From IMG/VR virus record IMGVR_UViG_3300020048_000023, positions 32,001-96,000 of that record: a stretch of DNA of 64,000 nucleotides, one strand, 5' to 3'. Positions 7,680-16,800 of the stretch are shown here, in pieces. The translations under genes and the position numbers were made by a program. The stretch comes from a virus. The stretch's first letter is position 1; each line of letters opens with the position of its first letter. The notes below the pieces were generated by a model. It had not been told where the DNA came from and made no database searches. It saw nothing but the letters and a program-made list of their open reading frames with translations.

Positions 7680-8363
7680 CTAATAGTTCTTTGACATTTT
7701 TATGTTAATAATATTAATAATAATTTGTAGGTATTTGTTGGCTCTATCTGGTTTAAAGTATTTCAAACCAGAAGCATCAACAATACACATTTCAATACCG
7801 CGTTCGATACACGCTTGAAATTTACGTGTATCGTTATTTTGAATTTGAGATAGTTTATCGGTTCCGTAAATGGGCTCATAATGAAATATACCATTCAATT
7901 CAAAAGCCAGTTTAAGTGACGGTATGTAAATATCCAATTCGGAGTTGATTGCGTCTTTTTTGTTGTAGTGTATTTCTAATAACGGAAATTGAATGGGTAA
8001 TTCCTGTTCCAGATAAATTTCGAGTTTTGAACGCCTGTTACCAGTTGTTTTATGCGTATTGTTATACGTAGCCGCGCAGGATTTAGTGCAGAAATCGTTT
8101 CCTTTAGTTGATTTTTGCTGCGAAAGTAGTTTACTAAAATTTTTACCGCAATTAGCACACGTGGTTTGTTTTCTGGTTCTTTCGTATACACCCCAGCATT
8201 TCATTGAGCAAAAATCACCAATATCTAATTTATTAGGATTAAAAACGTCTTGTATTCTCTTTTTAGTTAAATAAAAAGTTTTTTCACATTGTTTACATTG
8301 GCACGGAAGCTTATCATATGATTTTGCCGTACTAAATTCTAATTCGTTAAATAGCGCTTTCAT
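7680..8363 (-). CDS. Putative free-standing homing endonuclease (Zn-finger repeats + PD-(D/E)xK/Vsr-like domain) inserted antisense in the tRNA cluster
   Basis: CxxC..FCSxxC repeats; ELDIYIPSLKLAFELNGIFHY..D..K..C motif; start re-called to ATG 8363. Confidence 0.75.
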   Translation of the reverse strand: MKALFNELEFSTAKSYDKLPCQCKQCEKTFYLTKKRIQDVFNPNKLDIGDFCSMKCWGVYERTRKQTTCANCGKNFSKLLSQQKSTKGNDFCTKSCAATYNNTHKTTGNRRSKLEIYLEQELPIQFPLLEIHYNKKDAINSELDIYIPSLKLAFELNGIFHYEPIYGTDKLSQIQNNDTRKFQACIERGIEMCIVDASGLKYFKPDRANKYLQIIINIINIKMSKNY

Positions 8364-8440
8364 TAATTGTTTTATTATAAATAGTCTTTGGCGGAGCAAA
8401 ATTCGTATTTTCGAAAAATAAACTTACCGCTAAATAAATT

Positions 8441-8524
8441 GCCTTAGTGGGGGAATTGGTTATACCCAGCAGTTTCAAAAACTGCCGCGCTTAGCGCATA
8501 CAGATTCGACTTCTGTCTGAGGCA
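8441..8524 (+). tRNA. tRNA-Leu(CAA)
   Basis: GCAGT-TTCAAAA-ACTGC; long variable arm; acceptor GCCTTAG/CTGAGGC. Confidence 0.9.
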
Positions 8525-8531
8525 CATATAG

Positions 8532-8617
8532 GGAAGGTGAAACCGCCGAGGGGTGGTCGATGCCTGCTAAGCATACGGTACCCGTAAGGGTATGGGAATC
8601 GTGCTCTCCGCCTTCCG
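8532..8617 (+). tRNA. tRNA-Ser(GCT), non-canonical 8/4 fold
   Basis: GATGC-CTGCTAA-GCATA; 8-bp acceptor GGAAGGTG/CGCCTTCC; 4-bp T stem GGGA-ATCGTGC-TCTC. Confidence 0.8.
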
Positions 8618-8625
8618 CAAAAAAT

Positions 8626-8696
8626 GCCGTCTAAGTCAATTGGGTTGGCGCTGGTCTGCAAAACCAGTTTGGTGAGTCCGATTCTCACAGACGGCT
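8626..8696 (+). tRNA. tRNA-Cys(GCA)
   Basis: CTGGT-CTGCAAA-ACCAG; acceptor GCCGTCT/AGACGGC; U73. Confidence 0.88.
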
Positions 8697-8795
8697 CAAA
8701 ATTACCGTTGTAACGGTAACATTTAACAATAAAATTACCTATGGGTAGTTTTAGCTCTAATTCAGAGCTTAATGTTCGCTGTAGCTGGAAATTAC

Positions 8796-9053
8796 TTACT
8801 TTACCTGAGATAGGTAAATAGTGTTATTTGAAAGGTTGACAGTCGTATCATTGTAGGATATGAGCGATACGCGGGCTTGTTTGTTTGGTCGGTATTCAAA
8901 TTTACCGTCCATGTCTGTATATACTGTATTTCCATCCACCTTAACGGCAACGCCGCATAGTGTTTCGTGAGTTATTGCGTCTTTTACCTGATAGGTTTTA
9001 GGTGTGGAGAATAGTTGCAAGATGAATGCGAAAATAACGAATGTCTTTACCAT
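8796..9053 (-). CDS. Small secreted protein with a carboxypeptidase-regulatory-like (TonB receptor N-terminal) domain
   Basis: Hydrophobic signal peptide followed by VKDAITHETLCGVAV..TDMDGKF..VSLISY. Confidence 0.6.
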   Translation of the reverse strand: MVKTFVIFAFILQLFSTPKTYQVKDAITHETLCGVAVKVDGNTVYTDMDGKFEYRPNKQARVSLISYNDTTVNLSNNTIYLSQVK

Positions 9054-9139
9054 ACTTAATGTTTTAAAATAAGTATGAGTTGAATTAAAGAAAGTCTAAC
9101 TTACAGATTAAGTTACTGTTACCTACAGGTTAAATAATT

Positions 9140-9224
9140 GGAAGATTGACCGAGTGGAAAGGTACCCGCCTCGAAAGCGGTGGTCGGGGTAATTCCCGCG
9201 CAGTTTCGATCACTGCATCTTCCG
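9140..9224 (+). tRNA. tRNA-Ser(CGA)
   Basis: CCCGC-CTCGAAA-GCGGT; acceptor GGAAGAT/ATCTTCC; G73; long variable arm. Confidence 0.88.
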
Positions 9225-9281
9225 CAAAATTTTATTTGGTTATTACTATTTTTAGTTTTATATTTGCAAAAAAATATTTAT

Positions 9282-9872
9282 ATGATGGCTCGGGAACCTA
9301 TGAAAACCACTAAAAAGCAAATTGTTGCTTATTGGGTAAATAAAGGTATTGACGAATGTGAGTTAAATTTTGACTGGTCTGAAGCTGATGGTGTGTGCTG
9401 GAATTGCGGGCATTTAACAAAACACGCTCAAAGATGCCATATCATACCTGATATGTTAGGTGGTGAAGATACACCAAGTAATTACGTTTTATTATGTGAA
9501 GAATGTCACGAAGAAGCCCCGAATATAAATAATTCGGAAGCTATGTGGGATTGGATTAAACACAATAAAAACGATTTTGGTATGTATAATACTTATAAAG
9601 CGTTTAAAGCGTTTAAAGCATTTAAAAAACGAAATGGATTTGACTTTTTTGAAAAAGCGATATACATCACAAATTTTGCTGAATTATTTGTTAATGGGTT
9701 TAAAAATATTGGACTGCACGGAGCGAAGCTAACCATTAGTACTTATATATATATGTTTGAAGATATAATAAAAAAAGGTATTTATAGTGATATCCCACAG
9801 AATATTGGTTTTTTTGAAATATCTGATTTAGTAGAAAAGTCAAATTTAGTGAAAAAGGAAGTACCGCAATAA
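9282..9872 (+). CDS. HNH endonuclease (start re-called)
   Basis: CWNCG..RCHIIP..LGG.D..NYVLLCEECH; lies downstream of the promoter at 9235-9266. Confidence 0.85.
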   Translation: MMAREPMKTTKKQIVAYWVNKGIDECELNFDWSEADGVCWNCGHLTKHAQRCHIIPDMLGGEDTPSNYVLLCEECHEEAPNINNSEAMWDWIKHNKNDFGMYNTYKAFKAFKAFKKRNGFDFFEKAIYITNFAELFVNGFKNIGLHGAKLTISTYIYMFEDIIKKGIYSDIPQNIGFFEISDLVEKSNLVKKEVPQ

Positions 9873-9876
9873 CCGA

Positions 9877-10203
9877 TTATTTACCTAATAGTTTATTTGC
9901 TTCTTTTTCCCCAGCTTTAAGCTCGGTTTTTTGTTCGCCGTCCAGTTTAAGAAGCATGGCTTCAAATTCACCAACGTGTGTTTTTTCTTCTTTGGCTACG
10001 TCCAGCATAAGTTTTTTAACTTGTGGGTCTGTGGCTTTGCTTGCCATTTGTTCATATAGGCTAACGGCGTCCAGTTCGGAAATAATAGCCATACGCAGCA
10101 CCTGTTTATTAACATCTTTTCCTGATATGTCGGTGGGAACGGCTGAGGTTATCTCATTGAGCTGCCTAAACCTGTTCAGTTCTTCGAATAAAAGCTTATC
10201 CAT
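9877..10203 (-). CDS. Ferritin-like (encapsulin-cargo Flp / rubrerythrin-like) protein
   Basis: LRMAIISELDAVSLYEQ..DVAKEEKTHVGEF diiron motifs. Confidence 0.85.
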   Translation of the reverse strand: MDKLLFEELNRFRQLNEITSAVPTDISGKDVNKQVLRMAIISELDAVSLYEQMASKATDPQVKKLMLDVAKEEKTHVGEFEAMLLKLDGEQKTELKAGEKEANKLLGK

Positions 10204-10284
10204 AATGCGTTATTTTCTATAAATATTACGTAACATTTGGTAGTGTCGAATATTAGTTATATATTTGCAGCTAAATAAAAAAAT

Positions 10285-10752
10285 ATGAAGACCGCAGTAG
10301 TAAACAGAATTATCAACGAGAAGGGCGAAATGCTCTTTCTGCTCAGGACTACCAGACCATTCGGATGGGGTTTAGTGGGTGGTAAAACAGAACCCGATGA
10401 CAAAGATGCTCTTGCGGCTTGCATTCGTGAAACTGAGGAAGAAACAGGTATTATGCTGCAACGAAGTCAGGTGGTATTAATTGGCGAAGAAAAGTCGATT
10501 AATGGCACCCCTATTACCGTGTTTGAAACCGTACTGGATTATACCCCAAGTGTCAAGCGTGACCCAAGGGAGCACCTTAATTACGTTTGGATTAAAACAC
10601 ATACATATAAATATAAACGGAATTATACCACCGATATTTACAGCCGTTCTTTTGCAGGCAAAACGCTTGATTTCGTTGATCTGGGTCGCGAAGATTTTAT
10701 CCCAGAATTTCTAACCCGTCCGTTCGGTCAAAGACCAACCGAAGACGAATAA
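10285..10752 (+). CDS. NUDIX hydrolase
   Basis: Nudix box GGKTEPDD..ACIRETEEETGI. Confidence 0.9.
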   Translation: MKTAVVNRIINEKGEMLFLLRTTRPFGWGLVGGKTEPDDKDALAACIRETEEETGIMLQRSQVVLIGEEKSINGTPITVFETVLDYTPSVKRDPREHLNYVWIKTHTYKYKRNYTTDIYSRSFAGKTLDFVDLGREDFIPEFLTRPFGQRPTEDE

Positions 10753-10762
10753 TACTAAAAAT

Positions 10763-11137
10763 ATGTCAGAATTACACAAAAAATGGGTTGACGCGCTGGA
10801 CGTAGCGACGTCAAGGCGGTGTTCCAATCATATGGAGTTATCACCGAGAATAGCTAACGCTATGATTGGGGCTTCGGAGTTTCAAAACCGACTACTGAAA
10901 AAGTTGCAAGAAAAAATCGACTTATATCCGCAGTCAGTTTTCGAAGAAAATTCTCCTATTATATCTGCCGACGGCTACAGGGAGATAATAAAAATGGTAC
11001 AAAACTTGGAGCCGCACGTACCAGTTATGGCGCATTCGACTACAATACGTAATGGGTGCCCAAATTGTGGCGGTGATGTTTTTGACGGAACTGGTACTGG
11101 CTGGCGCATATGCCATAAATGCGGATTAATGTTTTAA
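10763..11137 (+). CDS. Hypothetical protein with a C-terminal Zn ribbon
   Basis: CPNCGG..CHKCG. Confidence 0.65.
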   Translation: MSELHKKWVDALDVATSRRCSNHMELSPRIANAMIGASEFQNRLLKKLQEKIDLYPQSVFEENSPIISADGYREIIKMVQNLEPHVPVMAHSTTIRNGCPNCGGDVFDGTGTGWRICHKCGLMF

Positions 11138-11205
11138 GTATTTATTTTTTGTGGGGTGATGTTTATATTTATAGGAAACCAATAAATATTTAAAACCTTA
11201 CAACA

Positions 11206-11283
11206 ATGAATACTTGGGTAACCGTCCGTTTTATGTTGCGCCGTATCGCGCATTGCTCTTCTTGCACACAAGGGGGCTGTTAA
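11206..11283 (+). CDS. 25-aa Cys-containing small peptide MNTWVTVRFMLRRIAHCSSCTQGGC
   Basis: ATG after an A/C-rich initiation region and a TATTTAT motif (11166); followed by three hairpins. Confidence 0.5.
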   Translation: MNTWVTVRFMLRRIAHCSSCTQGGC

Positions 11284-11311
11284 CTCAGGCGGGTAACGCC
11301 CGCTTTCAATG

Positions 11312-11379
11312 TTCTGTAACTTCGGGATAAAGAATCAATTATTAGGGCTGCGTAACTTCGGGATAAGTAAGCCCTTTTT
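11312..11379 (+). ncRNA. Two tandem hairpins carrying GTAACTTCGGGATAA (23S rRNA helix-62-like); the second ends in a U run
   Basis: 15-nt direct repeat at 11316-11330 and 11352-11366, closed by different stems (TTCT/AGAA and AGGGCT/AGCCCT). Confidence 0.6.
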
Positions 11380-11401
11380 ATTTATACTAATATTTATTAA
11401 T

Positions 11402-12820
11402 ATGGCAAATAGATATGTAATGTATAATAGTACACAGAAGGTCGTACTTAAAAAAGATGTTGAATCGGGGAATATACGTTTAGTACATTTGAATGATGTA
11501 GCCAGTCCGTTTGTACTTCCATTCGAAAATTATTTAAGAATGGCTGTGGTTCGTAACACTCAGTTAGATAATTATAACGTTGCTGGGGAGAATCGTTTCA
11601 CCATTGCATCAATAGACACCACTAATAGAAGGATTGTTCTTAATCAAGCCATTCCAGAAGTGGTAAAAACTGGCGTTGCGGTATATGGAAGCGGTTATAA
11701 ATGGGGATTATGCAAAGATTATGCAAATGCAAAACTTGTTGAGTATTTATCTGGTACAACTTTAACATATTCGGCTACTAAAACTGTTGGTACCTTGGCA
11801 GCTGGAAACACAGTAACATTTTTTAACCCGTTTATTAATTATGCATTTACACAACTTACAGGCATTGCGGCTTTAGGGTCAGCTGGTACTTGGAATTCAC
11901 TTGGTATGCAAACAAATGGTATGTGGCGCGGGGTCGACGGTGTTTATAGAATGATTGTTGGCGGAACCAATACAAATGGAAACCCTATTAGATTAGGCTT
12001 GATGACAAGCAACGACTTAAATACGTGGTCATATGCTAATGGGGGTAATTATATGTATACAGGTGGTGAGGGGGTATTTAATATACCTGGGGTTTCTATA
12101 GCTAATTCCGTTGTTTACCCTATGTCTAATCCTATTAAACTTGCAGATAATTCTTACCTTTCATTTTTTACGACGGTTCCATCAACTGGTCTGGCGGCTA
12201 TAGCGCCAGTATATTTTGATGATAACTTCATAGTTACTTCCGTTGGGGCTAATTTAATTATTCCTGATTATCCCATAGACTACGTTACGATATCTGGCGG
12301 TGCCGTTATGCTTAACGGTGTTTGTCATCTTTATTTTTGCGATAGGTTAAACTCTACTCCATCAACGTGGAAGCTTATTGAGGCAATTATTCCAGATTTA
12401 AGTACAATGGAAGTTACCGATTCTAATATAGTTTTATCAAATAATACCGCGGATGTTTGGCATAATCTTCATACAGACGCTATTGTACCGTTTTTATGGA
12501 ATAACACAATATATTTATGGGCATTTGGAACAGGTATAAACACTACTAATAGTATTTACCAAGGGAATAGGGAGTTAGGTCTTATAAAACGTAATCAAGA
12601 CGGTAGTTTTACCATTGACCCAAGATCGCCATTATACTTAAATCCTATTTTAGGAAACTATTTATGGGACTCTGCAATGTCTATTGCAGCTGACCATACA
12701 GGCGGTGGTTGTTCCATGTGGGCTGACGGTCAAGATATGCATATGTTTTCTACTATGAATGCTTCGTCAAACACATATAAGATTTTTCACACAAAAATAT
12801 TATTAAAAGACCAAACATAA
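11402..12820 (+). CDS. Putative virion-associated protein with a beta-propeller / glycosidase-like C-terminus (start re-called)
   Basis: G/T/S/N-rich beta composition; Asp-box-like TSNDLNTW; TATTTAT upstream. Confidence 0.55.
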   Translation: MANRYVMYNSTQKVVLKKDVESGNIRLVHLNDVASPFVLPFENYLRMAVVRNTQLDNYNVAGENRFTIASIDTTNRRIVLNQAIPEVVKTGVAVYGSGYKWGLCKDYANAKLVEYLSGTTLTYSATKTVGTLAAGNTVTFFNPFINYAFTQLTGIAALGSAGTWNSLGMQTNGMWRGVDGVYRMIVGGTNTNGNPIRLGLMTSNDLNTWSYANGGNYMYTGGEGVFNIPGVSIANSVVYPMSNPIKLADNSYLSFFTTVPSTGLAAIAPVYFDDNFIVTSVGANLIIPDYPIDYVTISGGAVMLNGVCHLYFCDRLNSTPSTWKLIEAIIPDLSTMEVTDSNIVLSNNTADVWHNLHTDAIVPFLWNNTIYLWAFGTGINTTNSIYQGNRELGLIKRNQDGSFTIDPRSPLYLNPILGNYLWDSAMSIAADHTGGGCSMWADGQDMHMFSTMNASSNTYKIFHTKILLKDQT

Positions 12821-12879
12821 TAAACTATTACAATAACCAAACTATTTATTGATATAAGAATTCTTAAACTTACAAAAAA

Positions 12880-13152
12880 ATGACAACAGCAAATTTTGCA
12901 CAGGTAGGTATAGCTAACCAACCAGCTCTTGACCCAATCCCAACAGGTACAACAGTGTCGTTCAATAACGACAAATCAAACGTGTACGGTAGCTTAACTA
13001 TTACCAAGCCATCAATGAAAAAGCAAGTTCAGGCTTCAACTTCGGCTGATATATCAAGCGTTGGTGGAGCATTGACCTACACAGAGGTAACACCAGCAAT
13101 GGTTAGAACCGTGTCGGATCGTGTTGACAACCCAGCACAGGTTCAGGTGTAA
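12880..13152 (+). CDS. Small putative structural protein
   Basis: T/S/V/A-rich 90 aa; TATTTAT upstream; terminator downstream. Confidence 0.55.
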   Translation: MTTANFAQVGIANQPALDPIPTGTTVSFNNDKSNVYGSLTITKPSMKKQVQASTSADISSVGGALTYTEVTPAMVRTVSDRVDNPAQVQV

Positions 13153-13241
13153 CAACCGCAAGTATCAAACCAAAATACCCCTATTTTAGGGGTTTTTTGG
13201 TTTTTGGATGATTGTTTCGTATATTTAAGTAAAATTATAAT

Positions 13242-13799
13242 ATGGATACAACAACAAAATACCTGATATATGGGTTACATTGCCCAGTAACAAACAATTT
13301 GCATTATGTAGGTAAGAGTACAAGTTATCTAACCAGACCTATGCAACATATGTCAGCGTCACATTCTGATAAAATACGTGAATGGGTTGGTCAATTAAAA
13401 GAATTTGGGCAAGCGCCCATTATTAGAGTTATTGAGTACGTGGAATACCCAGAGGACTTAGACGAGAGAGAAAAATATTGGATATATAAATCGCTTGAAG
13501 ATGGCTGCTATTTACTGAATAAACAACATAATACAGTTAAAGATTTAATAACAGCTAAGTTAGATGCAAAAACTGCGTATGAAGATAATTCATATAAAAT
13601 AATATCAAATTTCGTAAAAGGTAAACGAAAACAGTTTGGGCTTTCCCAGCCAGAATTAGCCCAAAAATCTGGTGTTGGTCTTAGGTTGCTACGGGAAATA
13701 GAGCAAGGTAAGAAATGTACATTAAGAATGGATAAAGTTAACCAAGTTTTACAAATGTTTGGCGTGGAACTATCAATAAAGGTTAAAGATAGAATATAA
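13242..13799 (+). CDS. GIY-YIG nuclease domain fused to an XRE (HipB/y4mF-like) HTH
   Basis: YLIYGL..HYVGKS..R..QH..E.YWI..LLN; C-terminal KRKQFGLSQPELAQKSGVGLRLLREIEQGK. Confidence 0.85.
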   Translation: MDTTTKYLIYGLHCPVTNNLHYVGKSTSYLTRPMQHMSASHSDKIREWVGQLKEFGQAPIIRVIEYVEYPEDLDEREKYWIYKSLEDGCYLLNKQHNTVKDLITAKLDAKTAYEDNSYKIISNFVKGKRKQFGLSQPELAQKSGVGLRLLREIEQGKKCTLRMDKVNQVLQMFGVELSIKVKDRI

Positions 13800-13800
13800 G

Positions 13801-16800
13801 TTACGTCCTACGAATCTTCCCGTCTTGGCAATTGTATAAATCGTAGGTAATACCCTTCTTACGCAGGGCGTTTCGGACGTCCGTAATATTCTTTTCCTGA
13901 TCATCGTAGAAAGCCACGTAGCGTATGCTCGGGTTTTCTTTTAGTATCTGTAGTATGCGTTCGCCTTTGTTCTGCATCGCATAGGACGCCATATTCAGGG
14001 CGTCAGGGTTTATCCTGTTTAATCTGAGTACCCGTTTAACTTGTCGTTCCAGCGTATCCAGCCTGTTAGTCATAACCACAACCATTGTATCGGATCGGCG
14101 CTGTTCGTCGCGCATTTGGTTGAATACTGGGGCTATAGCTGTAATTTCAAAGACGTTGGTATCTAAGCTTTCAGGCACGCTCCACCAAGCTTTTTCGCTC
14201 GGGAAATCGCCACCTGTTTTTTGTTTGTATTCTTCCCTGCCGAACTCGGGCATAGGGCTATTGATAAGCGTGCTATCCATATCAAACAATACCAATCTCT
14301 TTAGCTGGCTTCTCTGTGCTTCCATAATTGCTTCTTGTAGTTGTTGTTTTGTAAACTTTGTTTTTTTCTCTTCCGCCTGTAGTTTAAACATTTGCTTTAT
14401 CTGGGCAATTTGCTTGGGATAGAAATATTGCTGCAAGGCGTATTCATCATTATTTTTTACAATATATTCGATGAATTGATCAACGCTCCATTGGCGTTTT
14501 TCGAGCTCTGATTTAAGACGATCCATATTCAGATCGTCATTTGGTTGGAATAACTTGTTGATCTTATCGTAATATTTATCACCCTTACGCACCAAATCTT
14601 TGGTATATTTTTGTAAGAAATCCTTACGGCTCATTCTAACCCATTGACCGCCCCATCTATCGTTTAGAAGTAGTGCTTCATTAACCCAAACGGCGCGTAT
14701 CATATTGGGGTTTAAGTTGCCTATGAATAACGCCTGCTTTTCAGCATTTTGGAATAATGTTTGACCAAGTTCTGGTCTTTGGCTTTGTGATATGGCTGGG
14801 TATGGACTTGCCTGATACCTACCCCTGTTTTGTATGCGTTGTGCTTCGCGTTCTTCATCATTTGAAAAACCACTGGTGTAGTCACCCTGTACAAAATAAG
14901 AGCCACCGCCAGCCCATACTGGTGCTTCAAGGTTTGAAACCTTTGTGGCGAATTCTATGATAATACCTGAGCCAGCAAATTCCTTTTTAACTATGTTAAA
15001 ATCAATACTAACGAATAATCCTTTTGGGTTATTAACATTTTCATAACTATAAATTCTACTAACATTTTCCTGACCAGACAGCCCAAACGTTATCGCTAAC
15101 TTGGCGTCAGTTGTGCTATGCCTGCTAAATCCGTGATATACTATCAGAGTTTCATCGTCGTTTATTGGCTCCATTGATTTAACATCGTAGTTTTTGTAGT
15201 TTTCGTGGCGAACTTCTAATATGGTCTTGGTTATATTTTCTACAATATTTTTGGTATAATTCTTTTTAGATTCATTCCAGTATTCGCTATCGTCATATTG
15301 TTCTGGTTTTTCACCGTACAAGAAAAATCGCTTAATAGCTTCGATTATCATATCTGTTGGTGTATCTTCCTCAAATCTAAGGTAAGTTTGTTCATCACCA
15401 TAAACGTCAATTAGGCTTTCACCTCGTTTTTGCTGAAAAAATCTACGTAGTTGGGTAAATTGGTCTTGCGTCGGCATTGAACGCATTTCTATATTACCAG
15501 ATTCTGGTATAACACGAATGAAGCCCATATCGAGAGCGATATATAACCATTTTGAGAACGAGTTCTCATAAGCCTTTCCGTTATATAACCCCCAATCTAT
15601 TGGTAAATTCTCAATAGTACCCATAATATTCCTATGGTCATTTCCACCAGCGCCGCGTATATTAATGCAATACCCACTTGGTGAAATATACCCACATTGG
15701 GTAACATTTGTTTCGCCGTATTCGGCTAATATAGCTTTCTCTACCTTGAGTATGTCGTAGTCCTTGAACTGCTGCTGTGGCGCTTCGTGGAGTTTTTGCT
15801 CGAATATCTCAGTGCGGGTAAAGTTATTAACGTGATCTTCAAACTCAAATGTTTTACGGTTTATTTCGTTTATGATCGCATCAATGTCTGCTTGCTGGTA
15901 GGTAGACGTTTCGGGAACCATTAGTTCCTTATGGTACGAATACTTATCGTTCAGCATATTGAACGCCGTCTGCATAACAAACCGTTCCATATCAGAGCCA
16001 AACGTGTCGGGTATATCAAAGAAAATCTGGTTTTTCAGTGTGAAGTTATACCATTTCTTTTCGTTGAAGTTTCGGTAGCTCATTTTGAACTCAGACATAA
16101 TAGCCACGTTAGTTAGGGTCACCTGCTGGTTATGCCAATATACATCGGCTTTACCAATTCTCTTACTTAGCTGGAAGTGGTCGTAGTTCTCTTCAGGGAA
16201 TTCGTTATACTTAGCCAGCGACGGTACACGCTGTTTAACCTGTTGTACCAGAGCTTCGAAATTACCATCCAGATTACCCTCGGCTTCATTTAACGACTCA
16301 CGGTTTTTGTAAACTGGGTCAGGAATCCTTTGGTGTATAAATTCGATACTTGGATTCTTTTGTCTGGCTAATGTTAAACCGTTTTTTATTTTAGCAAGCA
16401 TTTCACGCCTACCGTTAATATCAGTATCAAAATTATTGGGGTATAATTCACCTAACTTAAATGCGTCAGTATTGCCAGCCCTTTGAACTGGAATCAACAC
16501 ATCGGGGCTTTTATATATTAGACCGTAATCTGTTGGAAAACGCATATTCAATTTATTGTTCACCCATTGAATTATTTCATTATGAAAATATCCAGTGCCA
16601 TTTATAACATATAAATCACCAGTCTTAGCATCAATAAAACCCCTAATATTTTGTATTAAATTTCTGATTGACTTTGGGTTTTTAAATGCTTCTATAGTTT
16701 CAATATCGTCGCCGTTATTGATATAATTAACTACACCCAAAAAATCTTCACGCAATATTTTAGCCGTAAGCTCTTGTATTTTCTGTGGAGTATTAGTTAT

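Noticed and set aside
6257-8688. ORFs 6257-6445, 6318-6503, 6373-6666, 7313-7558 and 8491-8688
   Set aside because: They overlap tRNA genes or the terminator and are spurious.
11312-11379. rRNA gene fragment or contamination
   Set aside because: Only a 15-nt motif matches, twice, in non-rRNA stems; there is no flanking rRNA similarity.
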